A stretch of DNA of 49,803 bases, filler included, from Jimgerdemannia flammicorona (Eukaryota), in NCBI GenBank assembly GCA_003990765.1. It is 2 parts of 2 records of this genome, joined end to end, with 100 filler letters (N's around TTAATTAATTAA, not from the genome) between each part and the next. Parts side by side here need not be neighbours in the genome. Positions count along the whole stretch, not along the records: positions 24,954 to 49,803 come from RBNJ01000913.1; 1 more part is not named here. One strand, 5' to 3'. The stretch's first letter is position 1, and every line of letters starts with the position of its first letter. This document shows, piece after piece, positions 32,161 through 45,000 of the stretch. A program made the translations under genes and the position numbers. A model generated the notes under the pieces. It worked only from the letters and a program-made list of their open reading frames with translations. It was not told the origin of the DNA and made no database searches.

Positions 32161-34259
32161 ACTACTTCAATTTATTAGGTTACTTGATAATAGTATAATA
32201 TATAGACTAATGTATGATTATTATAACTATATTTCATTTCTACATTGGTTTTAGACTTATCAGTTTAAACTAAAATATCAAAACTATACTTTATTAAGAT
32301 AATTTCAATTTAAGTATATTGTGAAAAGTAAATACTATAGTATAGTTAGATAATATATAAAGAATACTTAGTATAGTTATCTTATATAGTTACTCACATA
32401 TATCACAATTTGTATGAATAACTGAATATATGAAATTGAGTATGCTGACCACAAGCAGAACCCTCATTCCTAGTAGAATACTTATTTTTAAAAGAATATA
32501 TATTTTATAAGAAATACCTATTTTCTAAAGAAATAAATATTCATATCTTCTCTAAATTATCCTTACTATATGTTCTATAATTATCCATATAGCAACCAGA
32601 TAATAACCACACTTGTATAAAATACTTCAGAGATTCAAGTAAATAAACCTCAGTCTGAAAAATATAAAAAAAAGTAAAAAACAAGTTTGCTTATAATATA
32701 TATATTTCTAGAGATATATCTACCAAGAGTCACTTGATCTAAGAAAAAGATTACAACATTTAAGAGAAATATCAGCTCTAAAGCTATTATTAAGGAGATT
32801 GTAAGCTTTATTCTCTTTTCTACTCTAGTCTACTTTTGATGTAAAAAAGTCTGCTAATTTTAATTTATTTATCAGATTAAGTCTAAAGAACTTAAATTAT
32901 CTATCATTTTGGTCTACTTGTCAAATGAAGCCAGAAGAATTAAGAATTCTGCTATATTATACAGAATCTATATCTATTAAGAATATTACTAAAATTATTT
33001 ATTTTATATAAATAATTAAACTTATACTACATTCTGAAAGAAAGACTCTTAAAATAATTAAACATTTTGTTACTTTTTGACAAAATAACTAAGGTCTCAA
33101 GCCAATTTATATAGCTATCCCAATCTTGTAATTTATTTCTATTGTACTGAAATATTATATTTGGGGGCTCAACTAGAAAGATTTTTAAAATCTATATAAC
33201 TTTTTAGCTCATAGTACATATCTAATAAAAAACTGAATATATTTGATATAGTACCAATCTCTACTACTATAGAAAAATGAATAATTAGTAGATTCTAGAT
33301 AAGAGAAGTAATAACCTCAAGACTAGTCAACTATCTACTATTAGAAGAATTCCTAGAAAAACTCTGTACTACATAGAACTCTTTACTATTATCAGCTCCA
33401 TTATTAAGAATACAGCTCATAAATTTATCAAAAGTACTAGTAGACTTATCACTAAGAGACTTAACTCAGAATATGAGTACTACAAAATTGAAGATCTTTA
33501 TACAACTATAGACTTATAAGTAAAGAAAGTTGCTATCCATTTTATAGACATAGCTGCCCAGTAGTGATATAATTTATCAGTATATCATCATATCTAGGAA
33601 ATCTATGCTGAAATCAATATAAGTGAAGGAGATAATAATCATTCTGATTATGAAGTCTACCCAGCTACTGTAGACCTAAAGAAACTAATTATTCAACAGT
33701 TCTATAGCTCTTTCCACATTACTGAAACCAGAACTAAGCTCAAGAATCTTCAATTCTACAATGATGAAAAAAAAGATCTTAGAGTATTTGCTATAAGACT
33801 GAAAACTCTCCTGAATACTATAGGAGCAGAATACAGCTGGCAAGAATAGACTGTAAATGGAATCTGAGCTGCCTACTTCTTTGATACTATCTCTGGATAG
33901 TTATCAGAGAAAATTTATAATTAAGAATGATCCTATAATTATCCATATGAGCAATAGTATCTAGGACAAGCTGTGACCAGAGTATGTACCATTCTTGTAG
34001 CCTAAAGGCCAAGAGACAATTGAAATAAATAATATAAATTTGAGAGAAAGTATGAATCCTAAAATATATTCTAAAAATTACAAAGTGGATTTAAGAAACT
34101 ATCTAAAAAGGAAATAAAAGAACTTATAAAGAAAGGAGTATATTTCTACTACAAAAAGAGAGGATATATATCTTGTAAATATCCTTACAAAAAGACCAAT
34201 AAAGGACCATCCTTCTTATATACTATTACTATAATAGAAGATGATTCTAAAGAAATCTC

Positions 34260-34675
34260 TAAAAAGATCAAGGTCAAGAGATTCTATATTGCTATAAAAA
34301 TTCCAGACAAATATATGAATCTGATGCAAACTACAATCTCTACTCAACTATGAAAGTAACTATTGAACTAGATAAGCGAGCAACTATTAGCACAGGTATT
34401 AGAATGGAAGTCTCTAAAGGAACCTATATCTACCTTATAGAGAGGAGTAGTCTGGTCAAGAAAAATAGACTCTATATAGCTAGAGAAGTTGTAGACCAAG
34501 AATTCAAAGATGAAATCAAGGTCCTGCTACATAATACTAGACAGAAATCAGTTGAAATCATATGTAAGAAACAAATCATCTAAGCTATTATTGAGATAAT
34601 ATGTAATGACCTTAAAGTTAAAGAAACAAATGAACTATCATCCTCTGATAGAGGGAAAAAGTATTCAGATCAACA
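34260..34675 (+). pseudogene. dut: dUTPase domain of family A copy 2
   Basis: TGIRMEVSKGTYIYLIERSSLVKK...VVDQEFKDEIKVLLHN (ORF 34350-34583); homologous to 1770-2180. Confidence 0.88.
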
Positions 34676-35009
34676 GAAAAGCACCCTGATAAGACTAAGG
34701 AGAAGACTAAGATATAGAAGATCATCTATATTGAAGAATTACCAGACTAAGATCAGAAATGATACTAGTATATTACCAATAGATATATCTCTTAAGATGA
34801 TATTCTTATGGAATTCAGATATACTATTTCAAATATATAAGAGAATATATTATATGTATTTTTGAATCTAAGAAGTATAAGCCAACTATCTCAGAACAAT
34901 GAGATAATGAAATCAAGAATATTGATAATGAAGATAGAAAAGTACAAGATTGGAAAGAAGAAACTATCTCAGAAATAATTGCTATCTGGTAAGAAGATAA
35001 TATAGAATA

Positions 35010-38000
35010 TATCTGTCTCTAAAAAAAAAATCAAAGAAATCTCTATTGAAGTTCTTATCAACAGTAGAGTAAGTAAGTACTATCTTAATAAAGAAACTAC
35101 TAACAAACTTCACCTCAAGATGCAAAGAAACCCAGAAGGAAACATTGCTATATTCAGAAATAAAATAATATAGAAACTCTCCAAGATACATAAGAATATA
35201 CTCCTATAACTTGGAAATTATACCACAGGTAAACCTTCCATATTACATATCTCTCTAAATATAATCTCATTCTCAGAAAATCCTGGCTCACTTAGAAAAA
35301 TCCCCACATTAATTAGAGAAACAATATAATCTCTCTAGGAGATATCAAGTTATAATCCAAATATATCAAGAAATAACCCAAGTCTAGATTTAATATTATC
35401 TCTACTATTCAGATAAAGAAGTTGATTTGAAAACCAGACTAGAATATCTATATATATTTATTATCAAGAAAACCTCTAAGAACTACTCAAGAAATATGAA
35501 GATTTTTTCTAAGAACCCTAAGAACTACCACCCTCTAAGCAGTAGAACATAGTATTGAAATTATTTCTAGTTCAGACCCTCTCTATTATGAAATCTATCA
35601 ACTAGTTAAATCTAAGCTAGAGGTCCTTAAGGAATAATTAGTAGAATTAGTAAGCAAAGGTCTCATCTATCTATCAAAATTACCTTATGGTATACCAATT
35701 CTCTTTATTTATAAGAAAGATAAAGATCTCTATATATTGATTAATGAGTACTCAATAAGATCTCTATTAAGAACTGATATATACTTCTAAACTATTTAAC
35801 CAAGTATATAAAACCAAGATCTTTTCACTCATTGACCTTATATCTGGATATCACTAAATTTATATCAAAAAGAAAGATATCTCTAAGACAGCTTTTCAGA
35901 TAAGATTTGGACACTATAAATTCTATGTGATATAATTTAGTCTCATCAATATACTAGTAATCTTCCAAATACTGATGAATAATATTTTTCATAAATATCT
36001 TAGAGTATGTATTTATTCTGATCTATCTGGATGATATCTTGGTATATAGTATAAGTAGTATTATCTACCAATAATATCTATGAATGGTTTTTGACATACT
36101 CTATAAGTACAAGCTCTTAGCAAAAAAGAAGAAATACCACTTTAAGAAGGAAATTGAACATTTAAGATATATTATCTCAGAAGATAGTATTGCTATCAAT
36201 CTTAAGAAAAATTAAACAATCTATAATTGGCTTATCTTGAAGACTTATAAGTCCCTATAAGGATTCAATAGACTAGCAGGATATTATAGAAGATTTATTC
36301 AAGAATTCTCTATAATTGTCTTTTTACTTATAAGTCTTATCAGAAAGAGAACCAATATCAAAAAAGAATGGACAGAAAGATACACTATAGCCATAAATAC
36401 CCTCAAGAGAATACTGACTAATATACTAATTTTGATTAGTTCTGATTTAATAGAATTCTTCATAGTTATCACTAATACTTCAAATATTACCATTAGAGCT
36501 ATTCTGACTTAACATAAATACCCTATTATCTACCAATCTCAGAAACTTAATAAATATAAAAAGAACTATACTATGTAAGATAGGAACTCCTTGCTATCAT
36601 CTAATCTCTACAAGTATGGAGATATTTTCTTCTTGGTAAAACATTTACCTTATAGACAGACCATCAAGTTCTTTAATATATTTAAATATAACTAATTCTT
36701 ACAAAAAGACAGAACTGATAGATGCAGATCCTTATACTTTTTGATATTAAAATTAAGTATATTGCTGAAACTAAGAATGAAGTAGCTAATATACTCAGAG
36801 TATCTAGAAAGATAACCTTACTTCAATTAGCAATATTATCATCAGCCTATTTGAAGAAGTTAAGAAGAAATATACCAAAAATGCTAATATATTAGAAATC
36901 ACAAAACAAATTCATTAGTAATATTATAAAGAAGATTTATAAGAATATATCTGTTCAAAATGAATATATGTATCTTGATAATATAAGAATTTAAGTCTCT
37001 GATACTTCCATCTACTTACAAATCCTATAATAACTATATGATATATATATCTATAGCTGAATACATAAGATTTGACAAGATATATCAGTATATTGACCAA
37101 GACTTTTACTAGCTCTGAAATTAAGAATTATATCACATCCTGTGATATCTACAAAAGTACAAACCTAGCAACCAGATACTATACACTATAGCTACTATCA
37201 ATTTCTATCTGAAATTGAGATTATATTAAAATAGACTTTATTATTTAGTTATCAAAAATTATGAAGAAAAGAGATACACCTTACTGGTCACAATAGTTTG
37301 GTAGGCAATCTTCTGAGTCTACTTTCTACAATTATTACACCCTCTACCTCAGATTGGTTTGCTGTACCTATTGCAGAGCAGTGGGAGAGAGACAATAGTG
37401 ACAAGTTGCCCCTTTATCAGTGTCAGATCAGTGTTTTCTCCACTTTTTCACAGTTTCTGGTACCTTCAGCTGCATCTAGAGTACATCTGTTTTGGTATGG
37501 CACCTTCTTCCTTTTGCTATTACCAACAAGGTACTGTCTCAGTATATCATGGGTTATGTAGGGAGTTGGCCAACCTTGAGTGTTAAGTGCTCAGTGTAGA
37601 TTACCTACAGGTCCTCAGTGCCTGTGGTGGGGCCCTCTGGCTTTGGCAAGCTTCTCAGTGAGCATGGTTCTGGTATAGGTGACTGCTTTTCAGGTATTGT
37701 CAGGATGAGAGAAGAGATGGCCATCACAGATAGGAGAAAGGGTGATTACGGTAAACCAGTAGGGTGCTAGGCTGGGGGCAGTCATTGGGGCTGGGGTGGG
37801 TGCTGCTTTGGTGGGGCCTTTTGATTGGTGTGGAGTGGTTAGGTAGTAGGTGTCACTCTTAGCTTCTTTTAGCAATTCGACAGGTGAGGCCCTGGTCATT
37901 GGAGGGGGTTGGGGGGCCTGAGGCTACCCATTTCAGGTGTCTTGGCTGCACTTAACTGAAACCAAGAGCTGATATAGCAATATGATCAAGGCCTGCAGGC

Positions 38001-39440
38001 TTGAGTAGTGGGGTATTGGGGGTCTTCTCTTGCCTCATGTGTAAGTTCTTTACTCACTTTTCCTGAGAGAACCAGGCCCTACCCACCATGATATACTTTG
38101 ATGAGAGTTTTTTCTTTGCCTGTCATTCTCTTTGGGGTGGCAGGGGCTATTATATTCAGCTTAAGCATGGCCTTGTACATATATTGGGGTCTCAGACATG
38201 TGCCTTCAGTTATTGGTATATGGCTGGGTTCCCTCTGATGGTAGGGAGGGCATGGCGTACGGAATGAGGTATGGGCTGCCATAGGCCCTGCTGCACCTGG
38301 CATAGTTGAGCTGCTGGACAATAGCTAGCCTAGGTTAATGGGGGGGCAGTGCTTGATGGGTGGTGGAGGAGGGTTTTGGCCTATATAGTCTAGGTTCTCT
38401 TCTAATAAAAATCTGCAGGATATTGAGTCCATTAAAAAAAAAAAAATGAAGAGAAGGGATACAATTATTCTCTTCATTAATTGACTCAGCAAGCAGACCA
38501 ACTTTATTATAATAACTACTACTATAACAGTATCAGAAATAGTATAGCTGTTTATTGATAACATATTCTGTCTTCAGAGACTATCATTAGCAATAATTTT
38601 AGACCAAAATGTAAAATTCACAAGCCACTTTTAGCAAGCACTCTTCAAGAGCTTGGATATATAACTGAAAATATCTATAGCATATTACCCACAAACAGAT
38701 GGCCAGATGGAAAGAACCAATCAAACCCTAAGGCAGTTACTTAGTATCTATTGAGGCAATAAGGAAAATAATTAAGACAAAAAGCAGACTCTAGTCAAAT
38801 TTGCATATATAATAACTTAAGTATAAGTACCAAGATGATGCTATTTTTCCTGAACCATAGATAACATCTATAAACTTCTATAGTTACTATTTAAATTATA
38901 GTACTAGCTATATAAGAAATTACTGATACTATATAAGATAATATATAGTAAGTATAAGATGCTCTCATAGAGATACAAGAATATAAGTAGTATATGCTAA
39001 TAAAATAAAAGAGAAGTTATCTATAAAAAAGGAGAACAAGTATTATTCAGTATCTAGTATCTAACTCTGAGTAATATAGTCTCAAAAAAGAAACTTAGAC
39101 CTCACTATATTAGATTATTCAAGATTCTCAAAAAATATAGATCTGTTGTATACAATTAGACCTTCTAGTAATACTAGAGGTAATTCATCTAGTATTTTAT
39201 ATATATATCTCAACTTCAGTCATATATCCTAAATATCTTTGAAGAAAGAACTATACTATCTTTAGATCTAGTAATTATTAATCAGCAACTAGAATATATA
39301 GTAGACTATATTCTAGATTACAAGAATTACTAATTTGGATAAGCTGCAAAGTCCACTCACTATTATCTCAGTATGATACTATTGGGGAAAAAGAAGACAA
39401 TCTTTTACCAAATGTAGAAGAAGCAGTAACTTAATACAGA
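35010..39440 (+). pseudogene. pol: Element D pol (PR, RT, RH, IN, chromodomain), interrupted by a retroposon at 37279-38445
   Basis: IYLDDILVYS at ~36022; PQTDGQMERTNQTL at ~38690; LEYIVDYILDYK...EKEDNL chromodomain remnant at 39285-39440. Confidence 0.88.
37279..38445 (+). mobile_element. Non-autonomous poly(A) retroposon (SINE-like), copy 2, 1167 bp
   Basis: 18-bp TSD ATGAAGAAAAGAGATACA (37261-37278) and ATGAAGAGAAGGGATACA (38446-38463); AATAAA and A-tail; integrase of D resumes afterwards; no ORF with a known domain. Confidence 0.9.
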
Positions 39441-40228
39441 TATCTAGTATAATAAAAATTCCAATAGAATTTCCAAAAGACAGTTATATCTCTGAATATC
39501 TCCAATGTAGAGAAGTATAAATATCTTAAAATAATTCCATATAGATAATCTATCTCTAATATGAGTATCTAGTAATAATACTAAGAATAAGCCAAAATTA
39601 AGATTGTTGCTACTATCCTTATGGCTATTGAATACTAAAGAAATTCTATTAAACTATCTTCTATCAACATATAGATCTCTGGAGACCTAGATCTATATGA
39701 AGTCCCACTATATCTTAAAAATATCTAATATTTTCAGACTTTCTACTACTAGTAAGAATTAAAGAAGTACTATAAGATAGGATACCTTATCTATCAACAA
39801 GCTACTCTTAGTACAATTAAACAACAAGTCTGTCTTTTTATTAACAACATATCTATATTATTGCTAAAAAATTCTATGTCCTTTTCTGTACTCAACTCTA
39901 AGTCCTTGACTATTTTTGTGAAGTATCTCCTAAGAATATTATCAATTTGAGTAAATAAATAATAGAGTGATATTATTTTTCAAGTAGTCTAGTAGGTATA
40001 CTACTCTTCAGTTTGATAAATATCTAGAGTTTAGTATTGAGTCCAATGAGTAGGCTTAGGCAAAGAAGAGGAGAATATAATAAATAATTATATATTTATA
40101 AGTTACTGAAAATTCTGATAGAAATTTCTATAGAAATTCCAACTAGCAGTTATATATATATAGATATACCTAGTGTACTATATTTAGTTATAGCCTCAAA
40201 TATATATAAATATTCTCTATACTGAGTA

Positions 40229-41816
40229 TAGTAACAGATATAAGTATACTAATATTATATTATTTTTATTTCTTAAATTTATTATAGCTTAAATATGTAT
40301 AAATGATTTTAAACCCATTTTTAATTAGTAATAAAGCAAGATTAGAGCTTTTAACTATATTAGTTTATCTTATTTAAATAATTATATATATATATATATA
40401 GTTATTATCTTTTAAAGTTATATTAATTATTGGTATACTTATGATCTCAATGATATCTAAATTATATTATTACTAATAATTAATATTTTGTGTATTTCTC
40501 CTTAGCTTTAATAACTGCAGCAATATATCTTGGCATACTCTCCACTAAACCAGTATAAATATTTTACAAAATATCATTCCACTTATTCTCTACTTACTCC
40601 CACAACTCCTCTATTCCTTTTACTAGTATTTCTATATATTAATCTTCCTCTTAAGATAGTACCACAAATACTCAATTGAGATAATATTAGGAGATTGCAT
40701 AGGTCAGTCTAAGATATGAATTTGATAGTCTATAAATAATTTTATGATAGCTTTAGATATATGCTTAGAGTTATTATCTTATTGAAATATGAGCTTCTTT
40801 TTGTCTATCTTAAAAAAGTTGATGGATTTTCATAGCTTATTATTAAGAATATTTATATAGAGCTCCACATTCTTTCTACCATCAATCCAGCATATATATC
40901 TAATACTGTGGTAGTTCATATAATTCCAAACTATTACTAATCTACTACTAAAATTGACAGTCTCTTTTATATAGTAGTTATCAAGTAGTATTGTATCTAG
41001 TATCTTCTATACTCATTAATATCTATTGGACCTAAAATGATTGATTTTTGTCTCATCTGAAAAATGACCCATTTCCAGTTATTTAGAGTTCAATATTAGT
41101 TCTTAAGAGTGAACTCATAGTGTGTCTTAATATGATACTTAAATAACATTAGCTTCTTCTGCTTGACTACAGCCTTTAGACCTACTCATTTTAGTATGTA
41201 GTATATATATGGTTTTGGTGCTGATACATAGTTTCTCTTCTTCTTCTATTATTTTGATAATTTCTGTAGTAGTTTCTACCTTTCTAGTAGTTATTTAGTA
41301 AATGGCCCATATCTCATCTCTGGTAAAAAGAGTCTGACTTTTAGTAGTATAGTGATATTACTACAGCACTCATTCCTTGTATAGTATACTATCATTATTC
41401 CAATGTTTATATTCTTGGCAATCTTATATATAGATGTCAGAATATAGTTTATAGATCACTTGTTTATGAATAATTTTAGAGGGTTTTTGTATAGTTGAAG
41501 TATATCAGAGATAGAGAAAAGATAGAGAGTGAAACCTCAATCAAAATATTTTTTTTAAAAAAACTAAGAGCATATAAAACAATAGTAGGGTACTTTTGGT
41601 ACCATTGGGGTCATAAGTATATCAATAATTAATATAACTTTAAAAGGTAATAACTATATATATAATTATCCAAATAAGGCAAAATTAATATAGTTAAAAG
41701 CTCTAATCTTACTTTATTACTAGTTAAAAAATAACTATCATATTACTTATATTTAAGCTATAATAAATTTAAGAACTAAAAATAATATAATATTGATATA
41801 TTTATATCTATTACAG
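40229..41816 (-). mobile_element. Tc1-family DNA transposon with ~230-bp TIRs, inserted in the 3' LTR of D
   Basis: TA at 40227-40228 and 41817-41818; 40229-40462 and 41596-41816 are reverse complements. Confidence 0.93.
40480..41492 (-). pseudogene. Tc1 DDE transposase
   Basis: FSDETKIN, FQ*DNNSKH, QSPNIISIEYLW (SPDLNPIEHLW) and a C-terminal TKY-stop. Confidence 0.9.
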
Positions 41817-42089
41817 TATGTTATAATCTCATCTCTGCTTTTTATGAATACAAAAATAAAGCAGTATTCTTATCACAGAACTCTCAGACCTGACTTATTA
41901 ACAATTCTGAGCCTGATCTACTTAGGATACAAGTATAGTACTTTTATCAGTATAAGAATCTGAAGGTGATATCTGAACTTTATTACAATAAATAATTAGA
42001 ACTCAGTGCTTCCTCACAAGAACTCAGAACTTAGGGCTAATAGTCAGTTTGATTATCTGTAATATATTAATTCTATCAGTATATAGTTT

Positions 42090-45000
42090 TATTACAGATT
42101 TGATGAGGGGGCTCATTTGAGCCTACAGGTCAATATATGCAGGAATATCTTAAGTGCTTAGATCTTTGGCACCATATATCTTATCTCTGTTTTGGGCTGC
42201 ATAGTGGACATATATTTCCTTTTTGGTCTTCTTCACTTAATGCTATCTAATTCAGTGCTCCATATACTATACACTACTCTTTGTGCTATAACATATATTT
42301 GCATTCACTTTTATATATATTTGTACTTACTTTTTCTAATTATATCATATTTACTATATATTCTATCTTAATGGTACTCACCATCAACTCCTGCCCTCTA
42401 TACTGACATAACCCCTCCAATATGTCCAAAGAGCAATATGACCTCAGTTCTGTGTCCTGCCCATTCTACTACAATATTCCTTTTATTGAATATGTGCTTT
42501 ACTTTTTGTAAGATGACCCCAATGATGATGATAATCTCAATATCAGTGCTCTGATTTTATGTCTCAAAAATCTGCCAGAAGAAGCAACTTTTGCTTCTCT
42601 CCAATACTCTTTGCAGCTCTCCATCCATGTGATGTCCAAGACCTCTGTTCGAGTGCAGTCTCCTACTCTAGGGCAGTCTATATTGACAGCTCTACTGCTC
42701 CCTTCTATCAGCTCCATTGAGGCCAGTGTTGTTGCACTGCAAGAACATGCTTCTGCCTAGAAGCACCATATTGATGAGCTACTCTGCCTACTCTATGCAT
42801 GCCAGCTATGATCATTATTGATGTCCCAGCCTCAACTCCAATAATTGAGATCTATCCTTCCAGCAATCCTACTATCTCTATTGTAAATCAATTGTTCATA
42901 GATTATACCACCACATCTCTATCAGCAGCTATCATCTCTGTATCTTCTCTTTCAACAGAGATTCCCACCTCTGCCCCTCCTGGCTCTTATGACCTACTTG
43001 GTAATCTACAGGGTGAGTTCTTTTCTCTATCTGCTGTTCTCATTACTGCTACCTCTCACACCATCATTCATAGTATCAACCTCTCACTCAAGTATACTCA
43101 TGTCAACCAATACTTCTTGGCAGTAGTTATCTACAACTCCTTCTCTACCACTTCTCTTGGCCAGTTTCTAGAGTATAATTTCATGTCTTCCAGCTTCCCT
43201 CTCAAGGCTCAATTTGTTGAAACAATCAATAACTCCAGTATGAGGATCATTTAGGATCTCCTGGATGTCCTGGCATTTCTTGCCATACTCCTCAGTTATT
43301 TTAGCATCCTCTAGAATGCTTATCTCAGGCTCACCAAACTTACTCCATTTTTCACCTATACTGCTGACTTTATTCTACTCTCCACATTCAGCACTTTTTG
43401 ACTATTACATCTCCTTTCATACTAAGTACTTAGTAGAGATTGTAAATGATGGCATCTCCCCAATCTAGTATTGCTTATAGGCTCACTGCAACTCCAATTT
43501 ATTCATGGTACTTATTTCACACCAATGTCCCTGAATGCTGATCACTACTCCCAAGCCATCTAGACTTTGTGATTCTTCATAGCCCTCTTATTCCACCAAA
43601 GGCTTGACCTTCTGCATAGAGAATAGCATAGTGAGCCATCCCACATACTATGCCTACAATAGTATTACTAGTGATGGATTTCCTATAAAGGATCTGGGCT
43701 ATCAGCAGAAGAACTGTTTCTATGCTCATATTTGTATATGGTGTGGTGAAGACCATTTGTGGTCTCGCTGTTCACATAATTCACTTTTTTGATCCTAGAA
43801 ATTCACCTCTGCCCTGCTCACCTACATTCCTCCACCCACCCCACTCATCTACATTCCTCTATCTATCTCACCTGCTTACAATCCTTTATCCACCTCTAAT
43901 ATATTTCTCTAATAACCAATCCAATAATGCCACTCAGACTATTCTATAGAGATTTCCACCATTACCTACTACTCTCTACTCTGCTATATAGATATGCAAA
44001 CTCCAATATTATTCTGATCAGTCTGTCTCTCAGTCTGCTATTACCACTATTACTCAAGATGCACTTCTTAGTTTTGATAGCTCTTAGTACTACCTCTTAG
44101 CTCACAACCACTGTTCCACTCTAGATCATCTAGATGACATTACCTCAGACATTGTACAGGAGCTCACAGCAGGTCAGATCTGTAGTTTATTTTCAGTCTC
44201 TCTATTTGCCAACTTCTACTTATCCCCCATCAGTACTGTGGCTAAGAAAAATTCTACCACTACTTGGTAATGTATTTATGACTTGTTCTGGCCCTGTAGT
44301 AGTGGATCAGTAAATGTGGGCATTGATCATAATGCCTTTGTACTATCCTATATTCATTTCAATGATGCATTAACTCTAATCTGCCAGTTCAGTCAAGATT
44401 GTCTACTATTAAAGGTTGATCTCACCAATACCTATTACTATATACTTATCTACTCTGCTGATTGAGAGATGCTTAGTTTTGAATGATCAGGTCTGTCCTA
44501 TTTTGATCACTTTGCTCCTTTCAGTACATATTCCTCACTGTTTCTCTTTAACTTCTGTGCTGAGCTCCTCACATAGATGGCACTTCAGTATAGTCTCCAT
44601 ATATTATATAGACAACTTTCTGCTAGTCTCTGTACCAGTCATCAGAGCAGTATCCGCTGACCTCCAATCATTTCTATCCCTTAGCTGAGACCTTGACTGG
44701 TCCATTTAAGAGCAGAAGATTGAGGGGCCATCAATATCTCTAGTGTTCCTAGATATCAAGCTCGATTCAGTCATATTGAAAGCTCATCTCTCTATAGATA
44801 AACTTGATGCTATCATAATACTTCTTCATCAGTAGTCTATGTAGATATCTTGTATAAGGCCCCAACTTTAATCCCTCATCAGCTCCTTGGCCTTTACTAG
44901 TAAAATTGTCCTGCCAGAATGGCCCTTTCTTCAGCATTTCATTGATATGCTCTTTAGTAACTCCAACTTCCACATCTCTTTACCTGATGTATTCCACACT

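Larger units (their letters stand above)
32320..41877 (+). mobile_element. Decayed gypsy element D: B-type 5' LTR and leader, family A body with chromodomain, unrelated short 3' LTR
   Basis: LTR ~32320-33159 (start approximate), PBS 33162-33179, gag-dut-PR-RT-RH-IN-chromo at 33470-39440, PPT 40062-40075, 3' LTR 40076-40228 plus 41819-41877. Confidence 0.8.

Noticed and set aside
37955..37985. Hammerhead core (GAAAC...CTGAT)
   Set aside because: The sequence is CTGATAT/CTGATAC, not CTGANGA, and the spacing leaves no room for stems I and III.
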